The notes under the pieces: model-generated
The model's database searches: none
Told to the model about the DNA's origin: nothing
What the model saw: the letters and a program-made list of their open reading frames with translations, nothing else
Position numbers and translations under genes: made by a program
Source of the DNA: Spirochaetales bacterium
GTDB taxonomy: Bacteria > Spirochaetota > Spirochaetia > SZUA-6 > RPPD01
Length of the DNA: 64,000 bases
Assembly (NCBI GenBank): GCA_016930675.1
Contig: JAFGGG010000043.1
Coordinates: forward strand, 8,748 to 72,747
Reading direction: 5' to 3'
Shown: piece after piece, positions 39,089 to 49,694 of the stretch
How the letters are laid out: each line of letters opens with the position of its first letter
Numbering within the stretch: position 1 is the first letter of the stretch

Positions 39089-39235
39089 TTATGTGCCCGT
39101 GTAATAAAAATGATACACGCAATCCGGGCCCACAAGTTTACGCGCGGTTTCCAAAGGGAGTTTGATCTTTCCTTTAAGCAGCAATCTGCGGTATAAGTAT
39201 TTAATGCGCATTATTTCAGCTGTCTCTGGTTTCAT
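39089..39235 (-). CDS. Small hypothetical protein (48 aa)
   Basis: MKPETAEIMRIKYLYRRLLLKGKIKLPLETARKLVGPDCVYHFYYTGT*; fills an otherwise empty gap and is below the ORF-track cutoff. Confidence 0.4.
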   Translation of the reverse strand: MKPETAEIMRIKYLYRRLLLKGKIKLPLETARKLVGPDCVYHFYYTGT

Positions 39236-39436
39236 GTTTTCTTACATCTAATATAACAATTTTTCCGGATAGATACACTTAAGATTTCACAGCAATGCGT
39301 TTTTGCTTGAAATTCTCTCTTCAATAATATAAACTCATAAATGTAAATTCATATGCAGTATTTATGTTTCATGAGAAAGTTTACGTGCTGTCTTTTTGCA
39401 CGGCATTTAATTGTTTAACCGGTAGAAGGATTAAAA

Positions 39437-40927
39437 ATGGAGCTGCTCGCAGCGGATATAAAAAAAATCCAAAGATCAATTCAGAGTTCCGTGCCTCTCT
39501 CAATAAAATTGCACTCGATCCCTCATGAGACGGAAATTTATATTGAAGGACTCCTGGAAGCCTTTCTCAACGAACTGGGACATGAAAATCTAAAGGACAG
39601 AATTTCCTATTGTCTGCGTGAAATTGCTTTAAACGCGCAAAAAGCCAATATCAAACGGGTTTACTTTTTAGAAAGAGATCTGGATATCAATAACAAAAAA
39701 GATTACGGTGAAGGCATGAAGCATTTCAAAGATGATACTTCCAACAATATTGACTACTATCTCAAACAGTTGAAACAGCACAGCTATTATGTAAAAATCA
39801 TATTTCACACCAAAGAAAACAATTTTTATATCAGCGTCAGAAATAATGTGGAAATAACGAAAACCGAACAGATCAGGGTCTTTGATCGTATCGCCCGCGC
39901 CCGCGCCTTTAACTCGGTCGAAGAGGCACCCGCCACCCTGGTTGATGATATCGAAGGCGCGGGTCTTGGTATTATCATCATTGTGCTCATGCTGAAACGA
40001 ATCGGTTTGGATGAGGATTCTTTCGACCTTGATTTCTTAGACGGTGAAACCGTAGCCACCATTACCATACCCTTTTCTGAAGTACATATGGAAAAAATTG
40101 ACAGTTTAATTAAGGAAATCACCAAAGAAGTGGATGCGCTCCCCCAATTTCCCGAGAACATAGTACATTTGCAAAAACTCATTTCGGATCCGGACACTGA
40201 AATATCCGATATTGCCCGCCAAATCAGCACGGATCCGTCTTTAACCGCGGATCTTTTAAAACTGGTGAATTCCGCCCAGTTTATGCTTCCAAAAAAAGTA
40301 GATAACATCGTGGAAGCCGTAAAACTGGTGGGCTTGCGAACCTTAAAAAATCTGCTTTATTCTTACGGAACACAAAAGATTTTCTTTAAGCGCTTTTCCG
40401 AAATAAAATGGCTCTGGGATCATTCCTACCGCACGGCCTTTTATGCTTACACCCTTGCCAAGAGTTTCAAGCGTAAAAAGGATATCCTGGATGACGCCTA
40501 TGTGGGCGGCATTCTTCATGATTTGGGTCAGATAATTTTTGCCTCCATCCACCCTCAGCTTCTGGATAAAATTAAAAGGTTTTGCATGGCCAAGAATATT
40601 CCCCCCAGCATGTTGGAAAATCTTTCCAGCGGCATGAATCACGCCGAAGTCGGAGCACTTATTGCGGAAAAATGGAACTTCCCCCAACAGCTGATCCAGG
40701 CCATCCGCTTTCACCACGAGCCGAACCAGGCGGATGCTCCTTTCCGTGATATTGTAAATACCGTATATATGGCGAACGCCTTTGCCAATGTTCAAGAGGA
40801 AAAATTAAATTACGAACAGATCGACTCTTCAGCCCTTAATGATTTCGGGATAAAAGACGAAGAACACTTTACCTCAATTCTTACAAGATTATCAAAAGCA
40901 TTTGAAGATAATATAGCCAAATATTAA
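39437..40927 (+). CDS. HDOD-domain protein with N-terminal HATPase-like domain
   Basis: EIALNAQKAN (N-box-like) and GAGLG; DPSLTADLLKLVNSA, LHDLG, HAEVGA.IAEKWNFP, FHH. Confidence 0.88.
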   Translation: MELLAADIKKIQRSIQSSVPLSIKLHSIPHETEIYIEGLLEAFLNELGHENLKDRISYCLREIALNAQKANIKRVYFLERDLDINNKKDYGEGMKHFKDDTSNNIDYYLKQLKQHSYYVKIIFHTKENNFYISVRNNVEITKTEQIRVFDRIARARAFNSVEEAPATLVDDIEGAGLGIIIIVLMLKRIGLDEDSFDLDFLDGETVATITIPFSEVHMEKIDSLIKEITKEVDALPQFPENIVHLQKLISDPDTEISDIARQISTDPSLTADLLKLVNSAQFMLPKKVDNIVEAVKLVGLRTLKNLLYSYGTQKIFFKRFSEIKWLWDHSYRTAFYAYTLAKSFKRKKDILDDAYVGGILHDLGQIIFASIHPQLLDKIKRFCMAKNIPPSMLENLSSGMNHAEVGALIAEKWNFPQQLIQAIRFHHEPNQADAPFRDIVNTVYMANAFANVQEEKLNYEQIDSSALNDFGIKDEEHFTSILTRLSKAFEDNIAKY

Positions 40928-41034
40928 ATACCCGTTTCCGATCATTTCGCACAACAGTCGCTGCACAATGTATAGAAGTACTTGTCTTTTTTAGTACTAT
41001 ATATTATATTTTATATATAGTATGGAGGTTATAA

Positions 41035-41262
41035 ATGAGTGTTAATATTTATACAACGCCAACGTGCAGTTTTTGTAATCTGGCAAAATCTTATTTCCGA
41101 CAAAAAAATATTTCGTTTACAGAGTATGATGTATCCAAAGACATGAACAAAGCCCAGGAGATGGTAAACAAGTCGGGCCAGATGGGTGTTCCGGTTATAG
41201 AAATAAACGGCAGGATTATTGTAGGCTTTGACAAGAACCAGATTGAGAGGAATCTTAACTAG
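41035..41262 (+). CDS. Glutaredoxin-like protein (YruB/NrdH type)
   Basis: CSFC, GQMGVPVI, IVGFD; GGAGG RBS. Confidence 0.92.
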   Translation: MSVNIYTTPTCSFCNLAKSYFRQKNISFTEYDVSKDMNKAQEMVNKSGQMGVPVIEINGRIIVGFDKNQIERNLN

Positions 41263-41293
41263 ACAATCATCATGGGTAAAACCAACCACGTTT

Positions 41294-42199
41294 TTAGATG
41301 GCTTTTCTACCGGCCTGTTTTAAAACCTGAACTCTTTCGAATTCGGCGTTTTTGTGTAATGCATCCAATTCTTTAATGATATCGTCAACAACATGTTGTT
41401 TTGAGTTTTCAATGAGTTTTGCATGTTTCAAAGATTGAGTCCGGAATTCTTTGCAGTTAAATACCTTGCTCACCGTGTACATCACAACATCTCTGGTTAC
41501 GAAATCCTCATCCATTTTATTACTTGGGTTTAAGCGCAATGTATTACCGTTTATTGCCACACAAACCATATAATTGAAGGTTTTAAGATATGAATATACC
41601 GCTTTAAGACCTTTACCGGTAGACTCATCCCAAGGCCTGAAGCGGGTTCCGGTCGGAAAAACAAGAATAATTCGTTTATTGTGCTTCAGGTGGGTAATGG
41701 CGTGCAGGGCGGCCCGGTTGATTTTAATCTGCTTTATTTTTTCTTCCAACTTTTTTTTGGTATCCTCAGTATTTTTTGCCGTACTCGAGGGGTAAATAAC
41801 AACTCTGGTATAAGCCTCTGTAAAAGAGCGTACAAAGTCATTTTCTTCATTAAGTTTCATCCCCGCAATAGAGACAATCGACTGGCTGACCTTCTCACCT
41901 ATTTCACCGTGTCTTTCCAAAAGCTCATAAAAATTGGGGATATCAAAGTTGCTAAAATGCTGCATGAATAATATGCATGATTTACCTGTCTGAGCCAGCT
42001 CGTATAATTCAAGTAAATTCTCAAATCCGTTGATCCTGCTTCCGGGCAGCATCAGTTCGCTTACCACCTGGCTTATCAAAGGTTTATTAGTGGCCAGACC
42101 TTCCTGGTAGACATTGTCTTCGGTAATAACCTTATCGATCGATGAGTTTTTTATAAGTTTCTTTCTTACTTCTTTGTAAGCATCATTTATTGGTATCAT
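41294..42199 (-). CDS. Glycerol-3-phosphate/lysophospholipid acyltransferase
   Basis: HFSNFD (HX4D) and FPTGTR.R motifs. Confidence 0.85.
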   Translation of the reverse strand: MIPINDAYKEVRKKLIKNSSIDKVITEDNVYQEGLATNKPLISQVVSELMLPGSRINGFENLLELYELAQTGKSCILFMQHFSNFDIPNFYELLERHGEIGEKVSQSIVSIAGMKLNEENDFVRSFTEAYTRVVIYPSSTAKNTEDTKKKLEEKIKQIKINRAALHAITHLKHNKRIILVFPTGTRFRPWDESTGKGLKAVYSYLKTFNYMVCVAINGNTLRLNPSNKMDEDFVTRDVVMYTVSKVFNCKEFRTQSLKHAKLIENSKQHVVDDIIKELDALHKNAEFERVQVLKQAGRKAI

Positions 42200-42274
42200 G
42201 ACATTCAAGAGCCATTCTAATTTGTTTTTTTTATTATTGTCAAGAGTTTTTAGAGAAATAGGTTGAAGCGATAT

Positions 42275-43702
42275 TTATTCCTGCTTAAGCACTGTTTCGG
42301 GGCTGCTTTGCGCCTGGGTCTCAGCCGGCTTTTGAGTTACCTTGACCTCACTAATCTTTTCTCTGAGCTCATCCGAAAGCTGTTTATTTTTTTCCGACAC
42401 AATCTGCAGTAAATCAAAGGCCTTTTGGATTTCATAACTGCCGCTGAGCTGCTCATGCGCTGCCTGAATAATCTCTTGGGCTTCGTTGTCAACTCTCTTT
42501 ATTATATCCAGCACCCTCACACTTCCTTCGGACTCTTCGCCTGTATCCGTTTTTATCAAACTGGAAAGCTCCACCAGATGAGTAATGGAAGTAAGGATCT
42601 CCTGCGCTCCGGCCCGCTGTTCACTCATTGCATTGGCAATCTCTACAATTATTTTTACTGTCTTATCGATATCCTCCAAAATCTGACTAAAAGCTTTTCC
42701 CGTCTCCTCGGAAAGTTTGGTTCCGTGCTCTATTTTCTCAAGAGTCTCCTGCACATTTTTCTTGATACTTTTTGCTTCCTGTCCCGAATCCGATGCAAGT
42801 TTACGGATTTCTTCGGCCACAACCGCGAAACCTTTGCCCGCCTCTCCGGCATGAGCAGCCTCAATGGCGGCATTCATGGAAAGGAGATTGGTCGTGGCTG
42901 CCAAACGGGTGATGCCGCCGATCCCCTCCGCTATTTTTTTGGAAGTGTCGGAAATATCCTGCATCGACTGCATCATGGTTTTTATATGTGTTTCTCCCTG
43001 ACTGGCGATCTGTTCCAGAGTCTGCCCGATTTCTTTTGCGTTTTCCGCGCTCTTGCTCACGGAATTAATGGAACTCACCATTTGTTCTATGCTGGCCGAG
43101 CTCTGCGCTACCGCGCTTGACTGGCTTTCGATATTCTGTTTTATCTTTTCAGTGGTTTCGTTCATCTTGTTGACTTCTTTAACCGTCTCTTCGATTGCTC
43201 CTTTTTGCCTTTCCAAACTCTTGTTGACACTCTCAATTGTGGCAATCATTTCACGGGTCGCCACTCCCGTCTCCGATACGGCGGATACCAGGTCCACATT
43301 TATCGCTTCAATCGATTGCAGCATCTTTTTCACACCGGAAAAAACAGTATCCAGTTCAGAGACCATGGTGTTCAGCGCGTTTCCGATCTCGCCTATTTCT
43401 TCGTCAGCTGCAAACGTGGAACGTATGGAAAAATCTTTTTCCTTGATATGGTTAATAATGTTCATGATACCGCTCAGGGGACTGCTCATTCTTCTAAGGA
43501 GAATTACCACACCGATTCCCAAAGCGATTAATAGTATCCCGCTAATAATAAACAAAATCTTCAATGTGCCGACCACAGGGCCTTGAACGTCAAGCCCGAA
43601 TAGATTTATCAATCCGAATCCGAATGTGCTTAAAATGAGTATCCCGCAAATGCTGAAAAATAGAATGCCGTATTTCTGAAAATTTGTGCTTTTTTTATCC
43701 AT
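42275..43702 (-). CDS. Methyl-accepting chemotaxis protein
   Basis: Two TM helices, [37 protein letters not shown]. Confidence 0.95.
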   Translation of the reverse strand: MDKKSTNFQKYGILFFSICGILILSTFGFGLINLFGLDVQGPVVGTLKILFIISGILLIALGIGVVILLRRMSSPLSGIMNIINHIKEKDFSIRSTFAADEEIGEIGNALNTMVSELDTVFSGVKKMLQSIEAINVDLVSAVSETGVATREMIATIESVNKSLERQKGAIEETVKEVNKMNETTEKIKQNIESQSSAVAQSSASIEQMVSSINSVSKSAENAKEIGQTLEQIASQGETHIKTMMQSMQDISDTSKKIAEGIGGITRLAATTNLLSMNAAIEAAHAGEAGKGFAVVAEEIRKLASDSGQEAKSIKKNVQETLEKIEHGTKLSEETGKAFSQILEDIDKTVKIIVEIANAMSEQRAGAQEILTSITHLVELSSLIKTDTGEESEGSVRVLDIIKRVDNEAQEIIQAAHEQLSGSYEIQKAFDLLQIVSEKNKQLSDELREKISEVKVTQKPAETQAQSSPETVLKQE

Positions 43703-43933
43703 TACATACCTCGTTACTATACGCTCTTAATAGCTTAACTGTTTACTATATTAACTCTATAATTTTTCGTACCAATTGTCAAAAAAAGTTTATTTTTTTT
43801 GTACACATTGCCGTCACCATACCACCGCCCAAGCAGGCGCCCTCAGCGGATGGGTACGGCGCTTAACCTCTTCACAATTAATAATCCCCCGCCGCTGTTG
43901 CAAAAATAGGCAATTTTGATTATAAATCTTAAC

Positions 43934-45706
43934 ATGAAAACATTACCAGCATGGAAATTAGAGCGTATCTATTCGTCATTTACCGGGAAAAAACTGCAAA
44001 ATCATTTAAGGCTGCTGGGCAAGCATATCAAGCGTCTTGCCAAGCTAATCGAATCTCCTCCTAAGACTCAAGATAAAAGGGCTTACTGGATTAAAGAATT
44101 CATTGATTGCTACAACATGTGCAGCGATCTGTTCGTCACTCTCTATGCCTTTGCCTATATGCACTACACAATTAATACGGCCAATTATGAAGCGATTAAA
44201 TGCATGAACGACCTGGACAAAACCAAGATCTCTCTGATAAGCTCGATTGTTACATTTCGTAATACACTGGCAGGGGAAAAACAGCTGTTAAAAACAAGCC
44301 TCCGCCTGCTACCCGAACTTAAAAACTATGTGTTTTTTTTAAACGAGCAACTGATTCTGCAAAAGCACCAGATGACTAAGGAGCAAGAAGAACTTGCAGC
44401 GGATCTCTCCCGTTCGGGCGCCGATCTCTGGAGCAGATTACAGGAAGCCGTCTCCTCTCAGACATCGGTTGTATGGGATGAGGAACATGGAAAGAAAAAG
44501 ACAATCATCGAACTGCGGGCCCTGGCTCACGAACCCGACAGACAGGTAAGGCACAAAGCCTATTCACTGGAGTTATCCGCGTGGGAGACTGTTAAAACCC
44601 CGCTGGCCTATGCCCTGAACGGAGTTAAAGGAGTTTCTGTAAGTCTTAATAAGCGCAGAGAGTATAAAAATACTCTGGAATGCTCTTTGCTCCAGGCCCG
44701 CATCTCCCGTAACGTCCTGAATTCACTTATTACCGTTATGGAGAAGGCACTGCCTGATTTCAGAAGATATCTCAAGGCTAAGGCGAAAATATTGGGTTTA
44801 AAAAAATTGGCTTTTTTCGATCTTTTTGCCCCCCTTTCCCCTTCAGCAGAAAAATGGAGTTTTAGCCGGGCCAGAGATTTCATAATCCAGGGATTCGCTC
44901 GTTTTAGTCAGGAACTAAAAAACTTCGCGCTTAAGGCCTTTAATGAGAACTGGATCGATGCGCAGCCAAAAACCGGGAAGATCGGCGGCGCTTATTGTAT
45001 TTCCCTGCCTTTGCCGCAGGAATCACGTATTCTTTGCAACTTCGACGGTTCTTTTTCAGCTGTCACCACAATCGCTCACGAGCTCGGCCACGCGTATCAC
45101 CATCATCTCCTGCGCAAGCACAGCGCCATCCACAGAGATTATCCGATGACTCTGGCGGAAACCGCTTCCATCTTTTGTGAAAATATTATAATCAACAACG
45201 CTTTGTTGAGTTTCCCCGCAGCGGAAAAAATAAACCTGCTTGAAATATTTCTGGCCGACAGCACCCAGGTTATAGTGGACATCCTTTCCCGCTTTTATTT
45301 TGAATCGGAACTGATTGATTTAAGAGCGGAAAAAGAACTTTCCGCGGATGAGTTAAACAACCTTATGCTCAAGGCCCAGCAAAAGACGTACGGTCAGGCT
45401 CTTGATCCCGCGCATCTTCACGCCTTTATGTGGGCGGTAAAAAGCCACTATTACCGGTCGGAGCTGGCTTTTTACAATTATCCGTATGCTTTCGGACTGC
45501 TGTTCGGATTGGGGCTGCACGCTCTTTATACAGAGCAGGGCGCGAGTTTTACAACTGTTTATGATAAATTATTAAAGGATACAGGCCGTATGAACTGCAT
45601 GGAGTTGACACGGCAGGTGGGATTTAATATCGAATCCACGGTTTTTTGGCAAAAAGGAATGGACATTATTAAAAAGCGGATCGATGAGTTTGTATCCTTA
45701 GCATAG
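43934..45706 (+). CDS. pepF: M3B oligoendopeptidase (PepF family)
   Basis: W.LE.IY N-terminus, K.GGAYC, AHELGHAYH, LAETAS, FYNYPYAFG. Confidence 0.9.
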   Translation: MKTLPAWKLERIYSSFTGKKLQNHLRLLGKHIKRLAKLIESPPKTQDKRAYWIKEFIDCYNMCSDLFVTLYAFAYMHYTINTANYEAIKCMNDLDKTKISLISSIVTFRNTLAGEKQLLKTSLRLLPELKNYVFFLNEQLILQKHQMTKEQEELAADLSRSGADLWSRLQEAVSSQTSVVWDEEHGKKKTIIELRALAHEPDRQVRHKAYSLELSAWETVKTPLAYALNGVKGVSVSLNKRREYKNTLECSLLQARISRNVLNSLITVMEKALPDFRRYLKAKAKILGLKKLAFFDLFAPLSPSAEKWSFSRARDFIIQGFARFSQELKNFALKAFNENWIDAQPKTGKIGGAYCISLPLPQESRILCNFDGSFSAVTTIAHELGHAYHHHLLRKHSAIHRDYPMTLAETASIFCENIIINNALLSFPAAEKINLLEIFLADSTQVIVDILSRFYFESELIDLRAEKELSADELNNLMLKAQQKTYGQALDPAHLHAFMWAVKSHYYRSELAFYNYPYAFGLLFGLGLHALYTEQGASFTTVYDKLLKDTGRMNCMELTRQVGFNIESTVFWQKGMDIIKKRIDEFVSLA

Positions 45707-45755
45707 CTTGTTACTTTAAATCTATGAACACCGTGTGCTCAGTGAGAAATAAAAC

Positions 45756-46964
45756 TCAATCCTCAAGAATAATTATTTCCACCCGCCGGTTCTGCGCCAT
45801 ACCCTCTTCAGTATCATTACTGGCTACGGGCTCGGTTGCTCCTCTTCCTTCATAAAGAAAGCGCTCGGCAGGTATGCCTTTGCTTACCAAATAATCCACT
45901 ATGGTCTTGGCCCGCTCTACGGAAAGGGTATACTGTGATTCTTCGCTTCCCCAGCGCGCCGTATGGCCGACAACCAGAAAGGTTCTTCCTTCTATTTTTT
46001 TAAGAGCTTCCACAAGAGCGTCGAGTCTACTGTATTCCTCAGGCTTAACTACCGCTTTATCCGCGATGAAATGTATTTTGTTCAGAGTAAGTGCAACTCC
46101 CTCTTCACGTTCTTCGACTACGATATCGGGGATATTCGAATCCTCCAACTCTTCGATAATATCCTTTTTTATCTCATCCCTGTCCATCACCACAATCATA
46201 TCGAACCAGGTAAGAATAAAGCCTTTGTATAATTCCTCCGTGCCGTTATCATACATATAGGTCTCTTCCACCAGATCCCTCATAAACTGCGGCCGTTTGC
46301 CTTCACTGTCAAAATAAATGGTCACTACATGCTTGCCGCTGATATTGCGGATGCGTTCATCGCCGTATACATCATCCCCGGCTTTATAGCGCATAGCGTA
46401 TTGCGCCTGAATAACATCGCACTCCACTCCGTTATACATTCCCTTGCCCTTATATTCATATTCACAATAAAAAGGCACTCTGGTGAAGACACCGTCATGT
46501 AAAGGCTCAACGATCCGCATACCGTAAGCCCGCCACTTTTCACCGACTGTTACGGCTTTTTTGGGAAATACCGGAAAACCGCGCAGCAGAGGATAAGCCT
46601 GACTCTCATGAATTACGTAATGTCCGTCGGAATTAATCCTAAACCTGGACTCGATGGTTTTATCGATTCTGCGGGCAACATGGCGCGTTTCCCGCTTCAT
46701 CTCCTCCAACACATAAAATTTACCCTGATACACCTCATTCTGTCCGGTCTCATCTTCCGCGACCGTTAACACGCCTCTCACCTCCCGGTAGATATATCCC
46801 TGATAGCTGCCGTTAACGCGTTTACTGAGGTCATGTCTCTCCGTAAGCTTGAATTTTTCTCCGGGGATAAATTGAATTTCAAAGGTCTGCTGGGAATAAA
46901 TGAAAGCAGGAATTACAAAGCAAAGCATAAATATAACGCATACAACCTTTTTTCTTATATGCAT
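45756..46964 (-). CDS. OmpA-family protein with spirochaete-type N-terminal domain
   Basis: Signal peptide; C-terminal GHT, LSVERA, NRRVEI. Confidence 0.88.
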   Translation of the reverse strand: MHIRKKVVCVIFMLCFVIPAFIYSQQTFEIQFIPGEKFKLTERHDLSKRVNGSYQGYIYREVRGVLTVAEDETGQNEVYQGKFYVLEEMKRETRHVARRIDKTIESRFRINSDGHYVIHESQAYPLLRGFPVFPKKAVTVGEKWRAYGMRIVEPLHDGVFTRVPFYCEYEYKGKGMYNGVECDVIQAQYAMRYKAGDDVYGDERIRNISGKHVVTIYFDSEGKRPQFMRDLVEETYMYDNGTEELYKGFILTWFDMIVVMDRDEIKKDIIEELEDSNIPDIVVEEREEGVALTLNKIHFIADKAVVKPEEYSRLDALVEALKKIEGRTFLVVGHTARWGSEESQYTLSVERAKTIVDYLVSKGIPAERFLYEGRGATEPVASNDTEEGMAQNRRVEIIILED

Positions 46965-46975
46965 AAATCCGCTCC

Positions 46976-47533
46976 TTACTTTAATTTTAGCACAACACCC
47001 TGCCTAAAACTATGCATGTCTGTAAATGAATCCTGTCCACTATACCCTATAATAAGCTGCAGTTCTTCCTGGCCGTCTTTTATAAAGCCTGATGTTTGCA
47101 ACTCCACTTCCAACGTAGTCAGATTATCCGTTTCTTTTACTGCCACATCGGTTACCACACTTTCCGTAACAAACAGATCTTCATGGCCGTGTCCGACTCC
47201 GATCTGCTCTTTAAACTGCGGCCGGCCGTCTTTGACAAAACCGATAATAATATGAGCATTATTCATTACTTTAGAACCCAACCCAAGCGAAACCCAGCCT
47301 GTTGTTTGCGCCACCAGAGCAAAACTGACTGATTGCTTTTTACGCGCCGCATAGAGAGTACATTGCGCATACTCCTTTTTAAAGCTGTATTCATCTTGAG
47401 TCACCACACCGTCTATCTGAGGCGTATGAGCGGTAACAGCCAAACCGTCTGCGGACTGGGGCGAATTGCCGCAATTAAAAAACAGCAGACAGGATAATAC
47501 GGACAAACATAGCGCACATAGTATTAAACGCAT
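46976..47533 (-). CDS. DOMON-domain lipoprotein (heme-type)
   Basis: Lipobox FFNC; GWVSLGLG...MNNAHIIIG and C-terminal MH, candidate Met/His heme ligands. Confidence 0.8.
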   Translation of the reverse strand: MRLILCALCLSVLSCLLFFNCGNSPQSADGLAVTAHTPQIDGVVTQDEYSFKKEYAQCTLYAARKKQSVSFALVAQTTGWVSLGLGSKVMNNAHIIIGFVKDGRPQFKEQIGVGHGHEDLFVTESVVTDVAVKETDNLTTLEVELQTSGFIKDGQEELQLIIGYSGQDSFTDMHSFRQGVVLKLK

Positions 47534-47611
47534 GGTACTACCTCCTTTTTAATTACTATTAAATAATAACTGAGAATAAAATACAATAGCGATAGATTAT
47601 TTTAAAAAGGG

Positions 47612-48136
47612 CTAAGCCCAGGTCCGTATTTTATAATCGCGAATGGTTTCTACCTTGGTGGGATAAATATTTTCAATAATGTCGTCAGGCTTAAACCACA
47701 TTTTTACTTCATTTTCCGCGCTTTCATCGGAATCAGAACAATGGATAACATTTTCCATGATGCCTTTTTTATTGATTCTGCCGTAGGCACCGCGGATTGT
47801 AATGGGATCGGCCTCTAATGGATTGGTCGCTCCCGCGATTTTACGGACTTTGGTAATGGCATCGTCACCCTCATATACCATCACCAAAACCCGCTCATAA
47901 TCGGGGCCGTATGTTTTGCCGGAAAAGTATTCATACAGATCATTAAAAAAGGGCTTTTCCTTAAGATGCGCGTAATGCTTTTCCGCGATCTCGCGAGATA
48001 CTTTTACAATCTTGGCGGCGATTATGCGGAGGCGGGCCTCCGAAAGCCTGGTTAAAATATTACCCGTCAATGATTTCACCAAAGCGTCGGGCTTTAAAAT
48101 TATAAGTGTATATTGTGTTTTTTCCTTGTTTTGCAT
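47612..48136 (-). CDS. ndk: Nucleoside diphosphate kinase
   Basis: TL.ILKPDA, GATNP, TIRG, NVIHCSDS. Confidence 0.95.
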   Translation of the reverse strand: MQNKEKTQYTLIILKPDALVKSLTGNILTRLSEARLRIIAAKIVKVSREIAEKHYAHLKEKPFFNDLYEYFSGKTYGPDYERVLVMVYEGDDAITKVRKIAGATNPLEADPITIRGAYGRINKKGIMENVIHCSDSDESAENEVKMWFKPDDIIENIYPTKVETIRDYKIRTWA

Positions 48137-48260
48137 AGTGGTTGTACTGTATACAATTCAAAAAATAAAATCAAGACACAAAAATCATACTTCTATTTTA
48201 CTGCTTGCTTAATTCGAACAGCACAATTATAATGGTGCTATAGAAAAAGGAGTATATGGC

Positions 48261-49694
48261 ATGCCCGCCAGAAAGTTCACACCTATAACCCGCAAGGTGA
48301 ATGTAATTATCGTGATCTCCTTGCTCCTGGGCATCGGCGGCATAATCGTATTTTTCTCTCTGGCCTTGATACGGGAGATTGCCGCTTCGCTTGAGAAAAA
48401 CTTAAAGCAACACACAGACACGGTTAAAGTCTCAATCAGAAGTATTATGGTGCCGGGATACGCCGATATAGCTACCCGCTACTTTGAGGAGGTAACCGCG
48501 GCGAATCCAGATGTATCGGTCAAACTGTTCAGAGAGAACGGAAAACCAGCATTTTCAGACGACAACACTATCCGCACGGTTAATGAAAACCAGGGTTATG
48601 AAAGATTTTCCCCTAACGAGCCCCGGATCGACGTTTCGGATATCCCGGAACAGCCGTATTTTAAAGACGCGTTAACCGTCTCTCCTGAAGAAAAGCTGGT
48701 ATCTTTTCAAACGCAAAAAGGCGACGCGATTTTTTTCACAGTCTATGAAAAGCTGCAGAACCGCCCCAGCTGCATGAAATGCCACGGCGCCACGCATACA
48801 ATCCGCGGTGTAATCTGCATTGAAAGCAATATTACCGCATCGATTAATAAGCAAACTCTCTATCTGATAATCTCATACTCTCTTTTTGTGGTTTTATTGA
48901 TCGGCCTTACCGTAATTCTCACTCAATTCCTCAGACGCACGGTTATTCTGCCGGTACAGACCATAGGCGCCGTATGCACAAACGTTACCGCGGGTCAGTT
49001 CGATAAACGTGTCGATATAAAAAATAACGACGAGATCGGAGTATTAGGCAGTACAGTCAATCAAATGGTACAGGGACTCTATGAAAGATTCAAACTCTCC
49101 AAGTTTGTCTCATCCTCAACGCTGCAGTCGCTTAAAACCGAGAAGGCCGGAGAAAAACTGCCCCTCACTATTCTGTTCAGTGATATCCGCGGTTTTACGT
49201 CTTATTCCGAGAAAAAACCGCCCGAGGATGTGGTTGAATCATTAAACAAGATGCTCAACTTTCAAACTGAAATCATTACTGAAAACGGCGGTGATGTGGA
49301 CAAATATGTAGGTGATGAAATTGTGGCTATTTTCACCACCGAAAATCCCGAACTTTCCGCCTGCCGTACCGCCTTGCTCATTCAAAAGGAGCTGTCAGAA
49401 AAAAGCGGTTCAGCATACAGCGGTTTACAGGTGGGAATCGGTATTAATGTGGGAGAGGTTATTTTAGGTATGATCGGATCTGAAAAACGCGCTGATTATA
49501 CGGTTATAGGCGACAATGTAAATACCGCCTCCCGTCTTTGCAATGCGGCCAAAGCCGGACAAATTATTATCGCCCACAGTATCTATCAAAGGGTTAAAGC
49601 TTCAGTGCTCACGGACGGACCGTTTCGGGTGCGGGTAAAAGGAAAAGATCAGTACTTGCGTGTTTATCTGTTAAAGGCGCTTAAAAAGGAGTGA
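48261..49694 (+). CDS. Class III adenylate cyclase with periplasmic c-type heme (CxxCH) sensor and HAMP domain
   Basis: TM-periplasmic (CMKCH)-TM-HAMP (DEIG.L); FSDIRGFT, DKYVGD, DYTVIGDNVNTASRL. Confidence 0.92.
   Translation: MPARKFTPITRKVNVIIVISLLLGIGGIIVFFSLALIREIAASLEKNLKQHTDTVKVSIRSIMVPGYADIATRYFEEVTAANPDVSVKLFRENGKPAFSDDNTIRTVNENQGYERFSPNEPRIDVSDIPEQPYFKDALTVSPEEKLVSFQTQKGDAIFFTVYEKLQNRPSCMKCHGATHTIRGVICIESNITASINKQTLYLIISYSLFVVLLIGLTVILTQFLRRTVILPVQTIGAVCTNVTAGQFDKRVDIKNNDEIGVLGSTVNQMVQGLYERFKLSKFVSSSTLQSLKTEKAGEKLPLTILFSDIRGFTSYSEKKPPEDVVESLNKMLNFQTEIITENGGDVDKYVGDEIVAIFTTENPELSACRTALLIQKELSEKSGSAYSGLQVGIGINVGEVILGMIGSEKRADYTVIGDNVNTASRLCNAAKAGQIIIAHSIYQRVKASVLTDGPFRVRVKGKDQYLRVYLLKALKKE

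Noticed and set aside
41035-41262. Selenocysteine-containing glutaredoxin
   Set aside because: Active site is a plain CSFC with no in-frame TGA.
43809-43862. SRP RNA or tRNA
   Set aside because: Lacks the SRP CAGG..GRAA..AGCAG core and any cloverleaf or T-loop.
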